IMG/VR virus record: IMGVR_UViG_3300032955_000003
Span: 1-48,138 of that record
DNA length: 48,138 nt
Strand: one strand, 5' to 3'
DNA from: a virus
Taxonomy: Duplodnaviria; Caudoviricetes
A program made the position numbers and the translations under genes. Shown here one piece after another: positions 8,264-17,218 of this stretch (positions are counted from its first letter, which is position 1; each line of letters begins with the position of its first letter). The notes below the pieces were generated by a model. That model saw only the letters and a program-made list of their open reading frames with translations, did not search any database and was not told the origin of the DNA.

Positions 8264-8476
8264 ATGGACCGAGCAAACGTCTCCGTGACGGGATTTTCCT
8301 TGGCGAAGCCGCTCCTTGCGGAGCTCCGTCACCGATATCCACCGCAAGAGCGCTCACGTGTCGTGAATGCTTTGCTGGAAGCCTACTTTGCAGGACGAGT
8401 TCTCGACCGCCAAGGCCGACGCCTTGTCATCCCGACGCGCAAGCCCAAGACGCTACGCGTGGCGGTAACGACTTAA
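8264..8476 (+). CDS. ribbon-helix-helix-like small DNA-binding protein
   Basis: VTGFSLAKPLLAELRHRY...RSRVVNALLEAYF resembles the RHH strand-helix-helix pattern. Confidence 0.55.
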   Translation: MDRANVSVTGFSLAKPLLAELRHRYPPQERSRVVNALLEAYFAGRVLDRQGRRLVIPTRKPKTLRVAVTT

Positions 8477-8516
8477 CTTGCGGAGAGAAAGTTCAGTCTA
8501 AAGGAGGAAAAACGAA

Positions 8517-9251
8517 ATGACCGAAGAAAACAAAGATTTAGCCACGCTTTTAGACGAAGCCGCAGCCAAGGCTAGCGTCACAGACGTCGCAGACGCCGCA
8601 GGCGTCGTAGACAGCGACGAAAGCTGGCAAGCTAGCTCGGCTGTCTTGGCGTCACGCGAGGAGCTTGAAGCTCTTTCTAGCGAAGCTTACTCAGCTCTTG
8701 GCCCGTTGAGCATCCCTGCCGAATGTAAGTCTTGTGGCAAGCTAACGCGAAGCGTCTGCTCTACATGTCACGGCGCATTCTGCGACGCTCACGCCTCGCC
8801 TCTCGACTCGACTTTCTGCGACGTCTGTCTCAGCGTCCCCGATGCCGAACTAAAAGTCATGCCTTTGAAAGACGCCGACGGCGAGACCCACGAAGGCCGC
8901 GACTTGATCCCTGGCCCCGCTTACGCGACGTTCGCGACGCGCATCTCGAAGATGTCTCAGTACGAGCTTGAAGCTTACATCCATAAATACAAAGATCTTA
9001 TCAAGCAAGCTGAGACACTGCTCGACTTTCGCCGGGTCGCCAAGGGAATGCTCGAAGTGGAGAAGCGTCAGCGCGAGGACATTCAGCGCAGACGCTTGCG
9101 TGGCGTGAAAGTCCCACGACCGCAGGTCGCTAGCGCTAGCGCGACAGCGTCGGCGTCTGCGCCCGCAGCAAAGCCAAAGGCCAAAGCGTCTTTCGACGCA
9201 GCTACGCTGATGAAGATGTTGGAGGCCTTGAAAAACAAACAGAAGAAATAA
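8517..9251 (+). CDS. Zn-finger (B-box/AN1-like) and coiled-coil protein
   Basis: CKSC...CSTCHGAFCDAH...CDVC; AGGAGG RBS. Confidence 0.8.
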   Translation: MTEENKDLATLLDEAAAKASVTDVADAAGVVDSDESWQASSAVLASREELEALSSEAYSALGPLSIPAECKSCGKLTRSVCSTCHGAFCDAHASPLDSTFCDVCLSVPDAELKVMPLKDADGETHEGRDLIPGPAYATFATRISKMSQYELEAYIHKYKDLIKQAETLLDFRRVAKGMLEVEKRQREDIQRRRLRGVKVPRPQVASASATASASAPAAKPKAKASFDAATLMKMLEALKNKQKK

Positions 9252-9277
9252 ACGAAGACATAATAGAAGAGGATACA

Positions 9278-9478
9278 ATGAGCGTCGAAGATGATCTAAA
9301 AAAGATCGATCTCCAAGGACGTTTTCGTCTTTGGTTTGATTATGAACTTGGACATTTTCTTTTTGCTTCTCGATGGGGAAATGGTCATTCTCAAAAACGA
9401 ACTTTGACAGAAGATCAAACTGAGGTCTTGAAAAACATCTTGATGGGAGGTCATATCAAAACAGATGACAATTCCTAA
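9278..9478 (+). CDS. hypothetical protein
   Basis: 66 aa; GAGG RBS. Confidence 0.6.
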   Translation: MSVEDDLKKIDLQGRFRLWFDYELGHFLFASRWGNGHSQKRTLTEDQTEVLKNILMGGHIKTDDNS

Positions 9479-10538
9479 TGGACACTTCTTCGAAGTCTTG
9501 CCTGACGGTCGCTACCATTTTCGTTTCGACCATCATCTCATCAACGACTTCAACACATGTGACCGCTACTTCATGTTTCGGCATATGCCTTCGGCCGTCG
9601 TAGACGGGACTCCTAAAGTCTACCGACCGAAGGTCGGTGACAAGTTCAAGACGTCTTGCGGCTCATGGTGGTCTCGTGTGATGGAACTTTTTTATCATGA
9701 GATGTCTCATCTTGAGAGAGGCATAGCTCCGGGCTTCCAGTTAATGCAAAAATTCGCCTCCGACGCCTGGCAAGACCTTGACATGGAACGCTTCGCGTCG
9801 TTGCCTCCAGACGACAAACAACGTCAAAACTTTGACGCCTTTGGCGGCGCGACAGGAGCGTTGCAGATGGCTCTAGAATACTATCAAAGCTACGCTTTAG
9901 CGGACGCGTCCGCGTGGAAAATCATCTCCACGGAGAAAGGCTTCGGCTTACGCGACGAGGTCTTTCTCGGTGAAGACGACAAAGTCATCGTCCATTACAT
10001 GGGCAAGCCCGACATGGTCGTTTATGACTACGCTTCTAGCGAGATCGTTCCACTCGACTTCAAGACAAAAGATCGCATCCAGTCAAATGTCAATTCGCTC
10101 TGGAAGCCGCATCCGCAGACGACTGGCTACATCGTGGCGATCAATGATATCATCGACCAGATACAGTCTCCTACCTTAGGAGTGTCTATCAAACGTCCTA
10201 CGACGCGTTGCTTCATCCGCCTCTGCGCTCGTCTGCGGCCTACCGACAAGCCCCGCAACGGCGTCCGAGCCCCGCGTTTTGTGACGTGTTATCCTAACTA
10301 CTCTCTCGAAGAGCTCGAAGAGTGGAAAAAGACCATTCTGGCGAAAGCCAGAAGGCTACGCCTCGCCATCGAGTCTAACGAATTCATTCCGCGCGAGAGC
10401 GCTTGTCATCTTTTCTACAACGGCTGCGACTTTCGTCGAGTGTGCTCACTGTCTCCCTCGGTGCGTCACGTGGCGCTGAAAGCGGACTTCGTCCAAGTCG
10501 AGCCGTGGAAACCATATGAGGTAGATGATGACGACTAA
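9465..10538 (+). CDS. Cas4/AddB-like PD-(D/E)xK exonuclease
   Basis: STEKGF, GKPD, LDFKT, QTTGY motifs; one N-terminal Cys (TCDR) plus three C-terminal Cys (ACHLFYNGCDFRRVC), the 4Fe-4S staple pattern. Confidence 0.85.
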   Translation: MTIPNGHFFEVLPDGRYHFRFDHHLINDFNTCDRYFMFRHMPSAVVDGTPKVYRPKVGDKFKTSCGSWWSRVMELFYHEMSHLERGIAPGFQLMQKFASDAWQDLDMERFASLPPDDKQRQNFDAFGGATGALQMALEYYQSYALADASAWKIISTEKGFGLRDEVFLGEDDKVIVHYMGKPDMVVYDYASSEIVPLDFKTKDRIQSNVNSLWKPHPQTTGYIVAINDIIDQIQSPTLGVSIKRPTTRCFIRLCARLRPTDKPRNGVRAPRFVTCYPNYSLEELEEWKKTILAKARRLRLAIESNEFIPRESACHLFYNGCDFRRVCSLSPSVRHVALKADFVQVEPWKPYEVDDDD

Positions 10539-10875
10539 GATACTTCCTCTTGCTTACATAGCATCTCCATATTCACATATGGACTCTTCAGTAAGAGTTC
10601 AAAGATACTGGATGGTCTGTCAAGTCACGAAGCAGCTTGCCAAAGAAGGCAATTACGCTGTTTACAGTCCCATCGCTATGTGGCATCCAATAGCTCTTGC
10701 TCTCGGGCTTCCTACAAACGCGATTTTTTGGAAGCATCAAAACGAGGGGATCTTGAAAGCGTCCAAAGTTTTAATCGTGGTGAAAATGGACGGATGGGAA
10801 CAATCCACTGGAGTTCAGATGGAGATCGCTTTTGCAAAAGAACATAAGATAGAAATTATTTTTATGGATTTTTAG
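10525..10875 (+). CDS. DUF1937 / nucleoside 2-deoxyribosyltransferase-like protein
   Basis: YIASPYS...VYSPI...GWEQSTGVQMEIAFA. Confidence 0.8.
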   Translation: MMTTKILPLAYIASPYSHMDSSVRVQRYWMVCQVTKQLAKEGNYAVYSPIAMWHPIALALGLPTNAIFWKHQNEGILKASKVLIVVKMDGWEQSTGVQMEIAFAKEHKIEIIFMDF

Positions 10876-10879
10876 AAAA

Positions 10880-11236
10880 ATGACTAAGGACAAATCAAAA
10901 ATATGTAGCTTCTGTGGTCACAGTCTCGTCAACAATCCCCACGGCCTCGATCAGAACGATGTTTTTATGGATGGAGACAAACTAATTCATTCCGGAAGCT
11001 GTACTTACTGTAAGCACTGTCGTGCTGGCAATTATACATTGACTGAGACTCCTATCGTACCAAAGGATTTTGTTCCAGAAAAAGATTTTATCTATCGTTG
11101 GGTCATTTTTGATGACAGAGAGAATTATAATAATCATATCAGACATGGTTACGTAGAGGTTCATCCACAAATAAAATGTCATCTTCCTCTTGGAGATTTT
11201 GTTTTAATGAAAACTAAAAGAAAAGAGCTAACTTAA
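10880..11236 (+). CDS. hypothetical Zn-binding protein (AT-rich)
   Basis: CSFC and CTYCKHC motifs. Confidence 0.6.
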   Translation: MTKDKSKICSFCGHSLVNNPHGLDQNDVFMDGDKLIHSGSCTYCKHCRAGNYTLTETPIVPKDFVPEKDFIYRWVIFDDRENYNNHIRHGYVEVHPQIKCHLPLGDFVLMKTKRKELT

Positions 11237-11237
11237 A

Positions 11238-12059
11238 ATGCCCATTCAAAGCCACATCTTAGAGTCAGAGCCAGTCGACGAAGACCTCGCTATGATATTA
11301 GTAGGAGAGTCAAAGAGCGGCAAAAGTGAGCTTGCCTCGACGGCTCCTGACCCAGTCTTTTTCCTCGATTTTGACAAACGCCTCGGCGCCTTAAAAGGCA
11401 AAAAAGGCGTCTTCGGCTTGACTTTCAACGACAGCGAAGCCCCTGGTCAGATGCCTTCGGCGTTTAACGATATGCTCGGCGTCTTGACGAAGATCGAAAA
11501 GAGTCGCAGACTCGGCGACATCCACCCCGACTTTGCTGCGCAGTCAGCGATCGCCGACCTTCAGATCAAGACTTTAGTCTTCGACTCTATCCAGACAATC
11601 GCCAACAGCGCCAAACGTTTTGTCTTGTACTCAAATTCTGACATCGCCGCGTCGTTCGCCATTGGCGCTCGGACGTACCGAGTGCCGCGCTCGTATACCG
11701 CTTGGGGAGCCGAACAAGAAATGGTCACCGGCGCAATTCTTCAAGCTCGCGCGATCAAGGGAATCAACGTCATCGCTATCCTGCACGAGTGCATGGAGCA
11801 AGACGAGCGCTCTACGAGCGACAATCCTATCTACACCGGCAAGATCGAAGTTTTTCCTCGACGCTACAACTCGTTGCTCGTTTACTTCAACGAAGTTTGG
11901 CGTGTCATTCGCGAGACCGGCAAGACCCCACGGGTCGTGTGCGACCCTGATGGCAAATTTCTCCAGGCCGCTACGGCGCTCGGTATCGACAAGATTGACA
12001 AGCCTAACATTAAGTCGGTGCTGGAAGCAGCAAAGCTAAAGCGAGGTATCCAAAAATGA
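11238..12059 (+). CDS. Sak4-like (AAA_24) P-loop ATPase / single-strand annealing protein
   Basis: VGESKSGKSELAST, FFLDFD, LVFDS, IAILHE; lies between the exonuclease and the SSB. Confidence 0.8.
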   Translation: MPIQSHILESEPVDEDLAMILVGESKSGKSELASTAPDPVFFLDFDKRLGALKGKKGVFGLTFNDSEAPGQMPSAFNDMLGVLTKIEKSRRLGDIHPDFAAQSAIADLQIKTLVFDSIQTIANSAKRFVLYSNSDIAASFAIGARTYRVPRSYTAWGAEQEMVTGAILQARAIKGINVIAILHECMEQDERSTSDNPIYTGKIEVFPRRYNSLLVYFNEVWRVIRETGKTPRVVCDPDGKFLQAATALGIDKIDKPNIKSVLEAAKLKRGIQK

Positions 12060-12166
12060 TGTCTCCAGAAATGCAACAGGCTATTATTGATTTCTTAACT
12101 ACTGCTAAGACAGCAATAATTCTTGTCACTATCGTTTATTGTCTTAGTTGTATGCGTTTTTGTTAA
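12056..12166 (+). CDS. small membrane peptide (36 aa, not in ORF track)
   Basis: MMSPEMQQAIIDFLTTAKTAIILVTIVYCLSCMRFC; ATGA coupling. Confidence 0.45.
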   Translation: MMSPEMQQAIIDFLTTAKTAIILVTIVYCLSCMRFC

Positions 12167-12178
12167 AGGAGCTACTGG

Positions 12179-12379
12179 ATGAAACACCAAATCTTCATCA
12201 CTCTTGACGTCGAGACTCCCAATATCGACGCTTTTCTTATCTGTCTCGGCGCGATGCTTCACAAGCCTCTGCTCGACGGTACTGGCGTCATCAAAGAAGT
12301 TCATCTCGAAGCTACACATACTGTAAATCTTGAGCCTAAGCTCTCATTCTACACTCAAAAGAGAGAAAACGAAACTTAA
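12179..12379 (+). CDS. hypothetical protein
   Basis: 66 aa; AAGGAG RBS. Confidence 0.6.
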   Translation: MKHQIFITLDVETPNIDAFLICLGAMLHKPLLDGTGVIKEVHLEATHTVNLEPKLSFYTQKRENET

Positions 12380-12406
12380 CTCAAAAAAACGAAAGGACAC
12401 AATCAA

Positions 12407-12940
12407 ATGCCAAAGATGTCTATTCCCTCAAAGTCACTTCAGCCGCCCGATCCCATCCCTCCGGGGATATACGACGTGATGCTCACTGGCTTCAAGCCTA
12501 CTCTGTCAAAACAGAAGGAAGGCAAGACGCAGTCGATCAACCTTAACCCTCAGATGAAAATCATCAACTCGACGGAGACCGATGCCGAAGGCAAGTCGCT
12601 CAACGGCAAGCCGATCTTCGAGAACCTCAACATGCAAGCTGGATGGGTCATCAAAGACCTGATTCACAGCTTCGGCCAAGACTTCGTTCCCTCCCCGACG
12701 CCCGACGACCCTGATGCCAAGGGCGTCCCAGGCTTCGACATCTGGGACACCGCCGATATGAAGTCTCCCCAGACGTGGCCGCCCTACAACGGACCTCTTC
12801 TCAACGAAGTTGGTCGGTTGGAGATCGTCCAGGTGCCGGGGGCTACGGCTTCGGCGAAGCCTCGCTCGGCCGTGAAACGCTACTTCTGTCGAGTGCCGGG
12901 CTGTACTGAGCAGCATTCGGAGAATCTGGCGAAATCATAG
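12407..12940 (+). CDS. DUF669-like single-stranded DNA-binding protein
   Basis: PIPPGIYDVMLTG N-terminal motif; follows the Sak4-like gene. Confidence 0.65.
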   Translation: MPKMSIPSKSLQPPDPIPPGIYDVMLTGFKPTLSKQKEGKTQSINLNPQMKIINSTETDAEGKSLNGKPIFENLNMQAGWVIKDLIHSFGQDFVPSPTPDDPDAKGVPGFDIWDTADMKSPQTWPPYNGPLLNEVGRLEIVQVPGATASAKPRSAVKRYFCRVPGCTEQHSENLAKS

Positions 12941-13040
12941 CCAACCGAAAAGAGCAGGCTGACTGTGCAAGGTTATCGCCTCGCTTAGATCGGACCTGAT
13001 ACAAGGCACAGCGTATCAGGGATATTTTAGGAATCACAAA

Positions 13041-13433
13041 GTGATCATCATCTCCTGCCAAAACTGTGGCTTCGCTATCATCCCTCAAATCTCGCGCAAG
13101 CGTGATCCTTCGGACAACACTGTCGACTGCGAAGCAGCTTGTCCTCAGTGCAAGTCAATCTACCGATTGACAATCGTGGAGCTCTACAAAGGCATCGAGA
13201 TCGACAAGTCAAGCTTGTCTTACACATACGACGAAAACGACGACCGCATCTTGATGAAAGATTTTCGTGCGAAGCAGCAAGCGGAGCTTGACAAGAAAAA
13301 ATCTTACGAAAAGCCTCAGCTGAAAGTTCTCGATCCTAAAACGACGTATTGTATTCACGACAAGCTTCTAAGCGAAGCTTGTAACGACTGCATGAACAAG
13401 TCCGCCGGACTGGGAAGGCAAATCAAGAAATGA
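13041..13433 (+). CDS. Zn-binding protein
   Basis: CQNC...CPQC and a C-terminal CIH-x7-CNDC. Confidence 0.7.
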   Translation: MIIISCQNCGFAIIPQISRKRDPSDNTVDCEAACPQCKSIYRLTIVELYKGIEIDKSSLSYTYDENDDRILMKDFRAKQQAELDKKKSYEKPQLKVLDPKTTYCIHDKLLSEACNDCMNKSAGLGRQIKK

Positions 13434-14866
13434 CCTCTTCGAGCACCGCCGAAACAATCAACATCGCAGACATCGTCTGCGACGATCGCGTCCGTGAGGA
13501 CATGGGAGACATTGATGCACTGGCTAAAAGCATTAAGACCTACGGTATCATTCAACCGTTGGTCCTTTCCAAAAGAGAAGCCTCAATCGTCCTTGTCGCA
13601 GGTGGCCGTCGTTTGGCTGCACTTAAAGCTCTTCATTACACTCACGTCGTCCATGGACTCGGATTCGTCTGGAGAGATGAGGATTCGGGACAAAATGGTC
13701 AGCTTCGGCTTCAGGCGGTTGAGCTGGAAGAAAACCTACGCCGAAAAGACCTCCACTGGAGCGAAGCTCTCTCAGCAAAGCTAAAGCTTCTGCGTCTGAT
13801 GGAAAGCATCCACGGCATCGGTGGAAAAGGCCGCGCTAGCGGCTTCACTCAACGCACTTTAGCTTCGATGCTCAACGAGAACGAAAGCGTCACAAGTCGC
13901 GACTTGGAGCTCGCTGGCTACGTCGAAAAGTTCCCCGCTCTAGCGAAGCTCCCCTCGAAGAGCGACGCTCAGCGCCGCCTCGGCGTAGCCGTCACGGTCG
14001 CCGCCATGCAAAGCATGGCCAAAAAATCTGGAGGAGCCTCACTTGGGCGCCAAGTTGAGCCTCCAGTAGAGGGAGACGTCGTGGCTGAAGCCAATGCCGC
14101 TTGTCACGGCACGACGCAGACGACGTCTCCCTCGCCGGTATCTTCGATACAAGCTTCGCTTCCATCATCTTCTCCGAAGGAGTGGCTTCTCTATGAAGGT
14201 CGTTTTCAAGACAACATTTCGCTCGTTCCTGCGGATAGCGTCGATCTCGTCCTTACTGACTTGCCTTATAACATTGGCCTCGGTGACTCAACCGCTTCGC
14301 ACTCGGCTGGTCTAAGCAGCTTTGCTGACAGCGATCTCGATATTTCTGAGCTTTGTGCTAGCGTGGCTGTTGAATCATGGCGAGTCTTGAGAGACAACCG
14401 CTTTGCGGTCTTTTTCTATGGTATGAATTACCATAAGGAGCTCAAAGATGCTCTCGAAACTATTGGCTTTATTGTCGATCCTTATCCTTTTATATGGCTC
14501 AGAGATCGAACGGCTCCTCCCGATGGCTTTGCCCGATACAGCAAGACGTTCGATCCAGCCTTCATAGTATCAAAAGGAAAACCTCGTTTCATAAGACCAA
14601 ACCAAGGAAACTCAATTGCAATTCCATCCGTTCGTGGTCCAGAGCGACTCCATGCTGCTCAGAAGCCATTTGCTCTAATGGAAAAGTTTATTCTTGATAC
14701 CACCACGCCTGGATGTGTTATCCTTGACTTATTTGCTGGTAGTGGAACCACAGGTGAAGCTGCTTTAAAAAACAACAGAAAGACAATCTTATTTGAAATC
14801 GAACCATCAAGCTGTGCAATTATAAAAGCGAGATTATCAATATGCAAAGGTTTTGGGACAAAGTAA
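13430..14866 (+). CDS. ParB-like N-terminal domain fused to an N6-A/N4-C DNA methyltransferase (beta order)
   Basis: LAKSIKTYGIIQPL, VAGGRRLAA and ENLRRKDL (ParB); VDLVLTDLPY, HAAQKP and ILDLFAGSGTT (MTase). Confidence 0.9.
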   Translation: MTSSSTAETINIADIVCDDRVREDMGDIDALAKSIKTYGIIQPLVLSKREASIVLVAGGRRLAALKALHYTHVVHGLGFVWRDEDSGQNGQLRLQAVELEENLRRKDLHWSEALSAKLKLLRLMESIHGIGGKGRASGFTQRTLASMLNENESVTSRDLELAGYVEKFPALAKLPSKSDAQRRLGVAVTVAAMQSMAKKSGGASLGRQVEPPVEGDVVAEANAACHGTTQTTSPSPVSSIQASLPSSSPKEWLLYEGRFQDNISLVPADSVDLVLTDLPYNIGLGDSTASHSAGLSSFADSDLDISELCASVAVESWRVLRDNRFAVFFYGMNYHKELKDALETIGFIVDPYPFIWLRDRTAPPDGFARYSKTFDPAFIVSKGKPRFIRPNQGNSIAIPSVRGPERLHAAQKPFALMEKFILDTTTPGCVILDLFAGSGTTGEAALKNNRKTILFEIEPSSCAIIKARLSICKGFGTK

Positions 14867-15324
14867 ATAAAAACGGAGCTATTCCTAAAAAATGCCCTGA
14901 CTTAGGACCATGCTGGATTTGGCTATCAAATTCGCGTGGAGGATACGGCCTTTTTAAAATCAAACAAAAGAACAAACAAGCTCATCGTGTAGCGTATGAA
15001 CTTTTGATAGGACCTTTATCCCAAAACGATGATCTTCATCATATTTGTGAAGTCAAAATCTGTTGCAATCCATATCATATGCAAAAAGTGAGACCAATAA
15101 ATCATCCGGGAGCTGGTCCAGAATTTCAGAGATCTAAGACTCATTGTCCACGAGGACATGAATACACAGTCGAAAACACATACGTTTTTGGAAATAATTT
15201 TAGAGCTTGTCGTATTTGCGCAAAAGAGAGGTCTCAGAAAAGGTATTCAGACCTGAAAAATATGGGAATGACATACACAGAATATCTTGAGGCTCGCCGA
15301 CAAGGAATGATTGATCCTGTATGA
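14842..15324 (+). CDS. HNH homing endonuclease
   Basis: RFWDKV, GPCWIW, GYG, AHRVAY, HHIC...CCNPYH, plus KTHCPRGHEY...RACRIC; AT-rich. Confidence 0.9.
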   Translation: MQRFWDKVNKNGAIPKKCPDLGPCWIWLSNSRGGYGLFKIKQKNKQAHRVAYELLIGPLSQNDDLHHICEVKICCNPYHMQKVRPINHPGAGPEFQRSKTHCPRGHEYTVENTYVFGNNFRACRICAKERSQKRYSDLKNMGMTYTEYLEARRQGMIDPV

Positions 15325-16490
15325 CTAAGACCGAAGAGCTCCAACAAGAGCTACAGAAACGAGGTTTACGATATGTCGGTACACGAGGAGATACTTCTGC
15401 GCCTGTTTGTCTGGTTGGCGAAGCGCCTGGAGCGGACGAAGATCAACAAGGTTTGCCCTTTGTGGGTTCATCCGGACGGGAGCTCGATCGTATGCTGGAC
15501 GAAGCTGGGATCGGGTCGGGAAGCTGTTGGTGGACAAATCCGTATAAAACAAGACCGCCTGACAACAAGTTGGATCGTTTACACGAACTCGGTATCGGAC
15601 TGAAACTTTATGAAGAACAATTCTTCGAAGAACTCTCGCTTTTCAAACCTTCCATCATCATTCCTTGTGGAGCGACTTCCCTCGGACTTCTGTGTCCCGA
15701 GACTCGGGATCGCAAAACTGGGCGGGGCCAGATTGGCAAATACCGTGGTTCGATCTTACAAAGTCCACTACTCGGATGGCCGCATTATGTTGTGGCGTCT
15801 CTTCACCCGGCCTACATCTTGCGGGCCTGGGACGAACGCAGCATAGCTGTGCTATGTCTAGCTAAAGCTAAAGAAGAGCTAGACTACTTGCGCCAGCACG
15901 GGACGCTTCAGCCGTTGCCTCAACGTAAGCTAATCGCTGACCCTTCGGGTCAAGACGTCATCGACTACTTGCGTAAGCTCCTTGTCGAAGACAAGCCTGT
16001 CTCGGTAGATATTGAAAATATCGGTATCTACCGAGGCAAAAAGACCGAAAAGACCGCAAAGCGCGAGCGTTTGCCCTACGTAGTAGGCGTCGGCAACGAC
16101 ATTAGCGAAGCTATGTGTATCGAGCTCGTAGGCTTTGAGACGCATTTTCAGACAGTCATCTGGCGCTTACTCGACAAGGTCTTGCAGACCAAAGTCTTGG
16201 TCGGTCAGAACGCTTATACTCACGATCTTCCGTGGCTCGAATATATCGGCTTTTCGCCGAACATTGCCAATCTCCACGACTGCATCGTGATGCATCACAT
16301 TCTGTATCCAGAGCTTTCTCACAAACTAGAGTTTCTAGGCTTTCAGTTTACACGCTGCTCGTATTGGAAAGATGAGGGGAAGGCGTTTAGTCTCAAGGAA
16401 AAAACGAGATTCAAAAGATACAATTGTCTCGACGTCGCCATTACACTTGAGTGTTTTTATGCGATGCAGAAAGAGCTCCAGGGATGCTAA
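15321..16490 (+). CDS. family-4 uracil-DNA glycosylase-like domain fused to a 3'-5' exonuclease (N-terminal part of a split PolA)
   Basis: VGEAPGADED..G.PFVG.SG and HPAYILR (UDG4); SVDIE (ExoI), GQNAYTHD (ExoII), YNCLD (ExoIII). Confidence 0.9.
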   Translation: MTKTEELQQELQKRGLRYVGTRGDTSAPVCLVGEAPGADEDQQGLPFVGSSGRELDRMLDEAGIGSGSCWWTNPYKTRPPDNKLDRLHELGIGLKLYEEQFFEELSLFKPSIIIPCGATSLGLLCPETRDRKTGRGQIGKYRGSILQSPLLGWPHYVVASLHPAYILRAWDERSIAVLCLAKAKEELDYLRQHGTLQPLPQRKLIADPSGQDVIDYLRKLLVEDKPVSVDIENIGIYRGKKTEKTAKRERLPYVVGVGNDISEAMCIELVGFETHFQTVIWRLLDKVLQTKVLVGQNAYTHDLPWLEYIGFSPNIANLHDCIVMHHILYPELSHKLEFLGFQFTRCSYWKDEGKAFSLKEKTRFKRYNCLDVAITLECFYAMQKELQGC

Positions 16491-16637
16491 CAAAAACTTG
16501 TATTCATGGATAGCAACTGGCGAAGTGGGCCGATTTTCTTGAAAACTTGTCAGGTGAGTAATCGCGAATTTAGTTCTGCTGGTGAGAGTACAGCGGGTGT
16601 CCCTACCCGCGATCTTCTGGAAAGGTGGTGAGGGGAG

Positions 16638-16997
16638 ATGGCTTCTAAAAAGTGGCGCTGTTTTTTCTGTGACGAAGTGTTCACCGATCGGCGTTCGGCA
16701 TGGTTACATTTCGGAGAGGAAAATTGCGAATCCGATCCGCCCGCCTGCATTGATCCCCTACGAGCCGACGAAAAGGCGCGACTCAGTGAACTCCGGGAGG
16801 CTCGTGAATATGCCATGCAGTGTCAGCGCGAAGCGCAAAACGCGGATGAAAAACTGGAAGGTCTGCAAGCCGAGCATGACAATTTCTTCCGTCACTTCGG
16901 CAAAGACGTGGGAAGTATGTGGCAGGCGGGTGACCGATACAGGAACGCGCTCTACGAAATTGAACTTTTGCGGAAGCGGTTGGCTGAGGCCGCATGA
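16638..16997 (+). CDS. Zn-finger/coiled-coil protein inserted between the polymerase halves
   Basis: WRCFFCDEVF...WLHFG; GAGGGG RBS. Confidence 0.7.
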   Translation: MASKKWRCFFCDEVFTDRRSAWLHFGEENCESDPPACIDPLRADEKARLSELREAREYAMQCQREAQNADEKLEGLQAEHDNFFRHFGKDVGSMWQAGDRYRNALYEIELLRKRLAEAA

Positions 16998-17067
16998 CCA
17001 ACCTCTACCTCTTCGCCCTGGCCATCCTGCAAGCTTCCCTGCTCTGCGGGAGAGAGTGAGCGCTGGA

Positions 17068-17145
17068 ATGAAGCCGTACTACGAGCACGCGGGCATCGCC
17101 ATATTCCACGGAGACTGCCGAGAAATATTGCCGCAGCTGCGATGA
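17068..17145 (+). pseudogene. truncated N-terminus of a DNA methyltransferase
   Basis: MKPYYEHAGIAIFHGDCREILPQLR*, the typical start of phage beta-class MTases, stops before the DPPY motif. Confidence 0.6.
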
Positions 17146-17218
17146 TCGCTTGGTATCAAGACCGTGGTCTTCTGAGCACGGACCCAAAAAATGACTTCCT
17201 CTTGGAAGGTAAAGAAAG

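Noticed and set aside
9465-10538. CRISPR-Cas system suggested by the Cas4-like gene
   Set aside because: No repeat-spacer array or other cas genes; the context is a recombination module.
16582-17067. 187 aa ORF 16582..17145 as a single gene
   Set aside because: Overlaps the better ORF 16638..16997; only the last 25 codons look like a real protein (the MTase stub).
16491-17218. Group I/II intron or intein splitting the polymerase
   Set aside because: No recognisable intron core or intein terminal motifs; both halves have their own stop and coupled start, and the gap contains ordinary ORFs.
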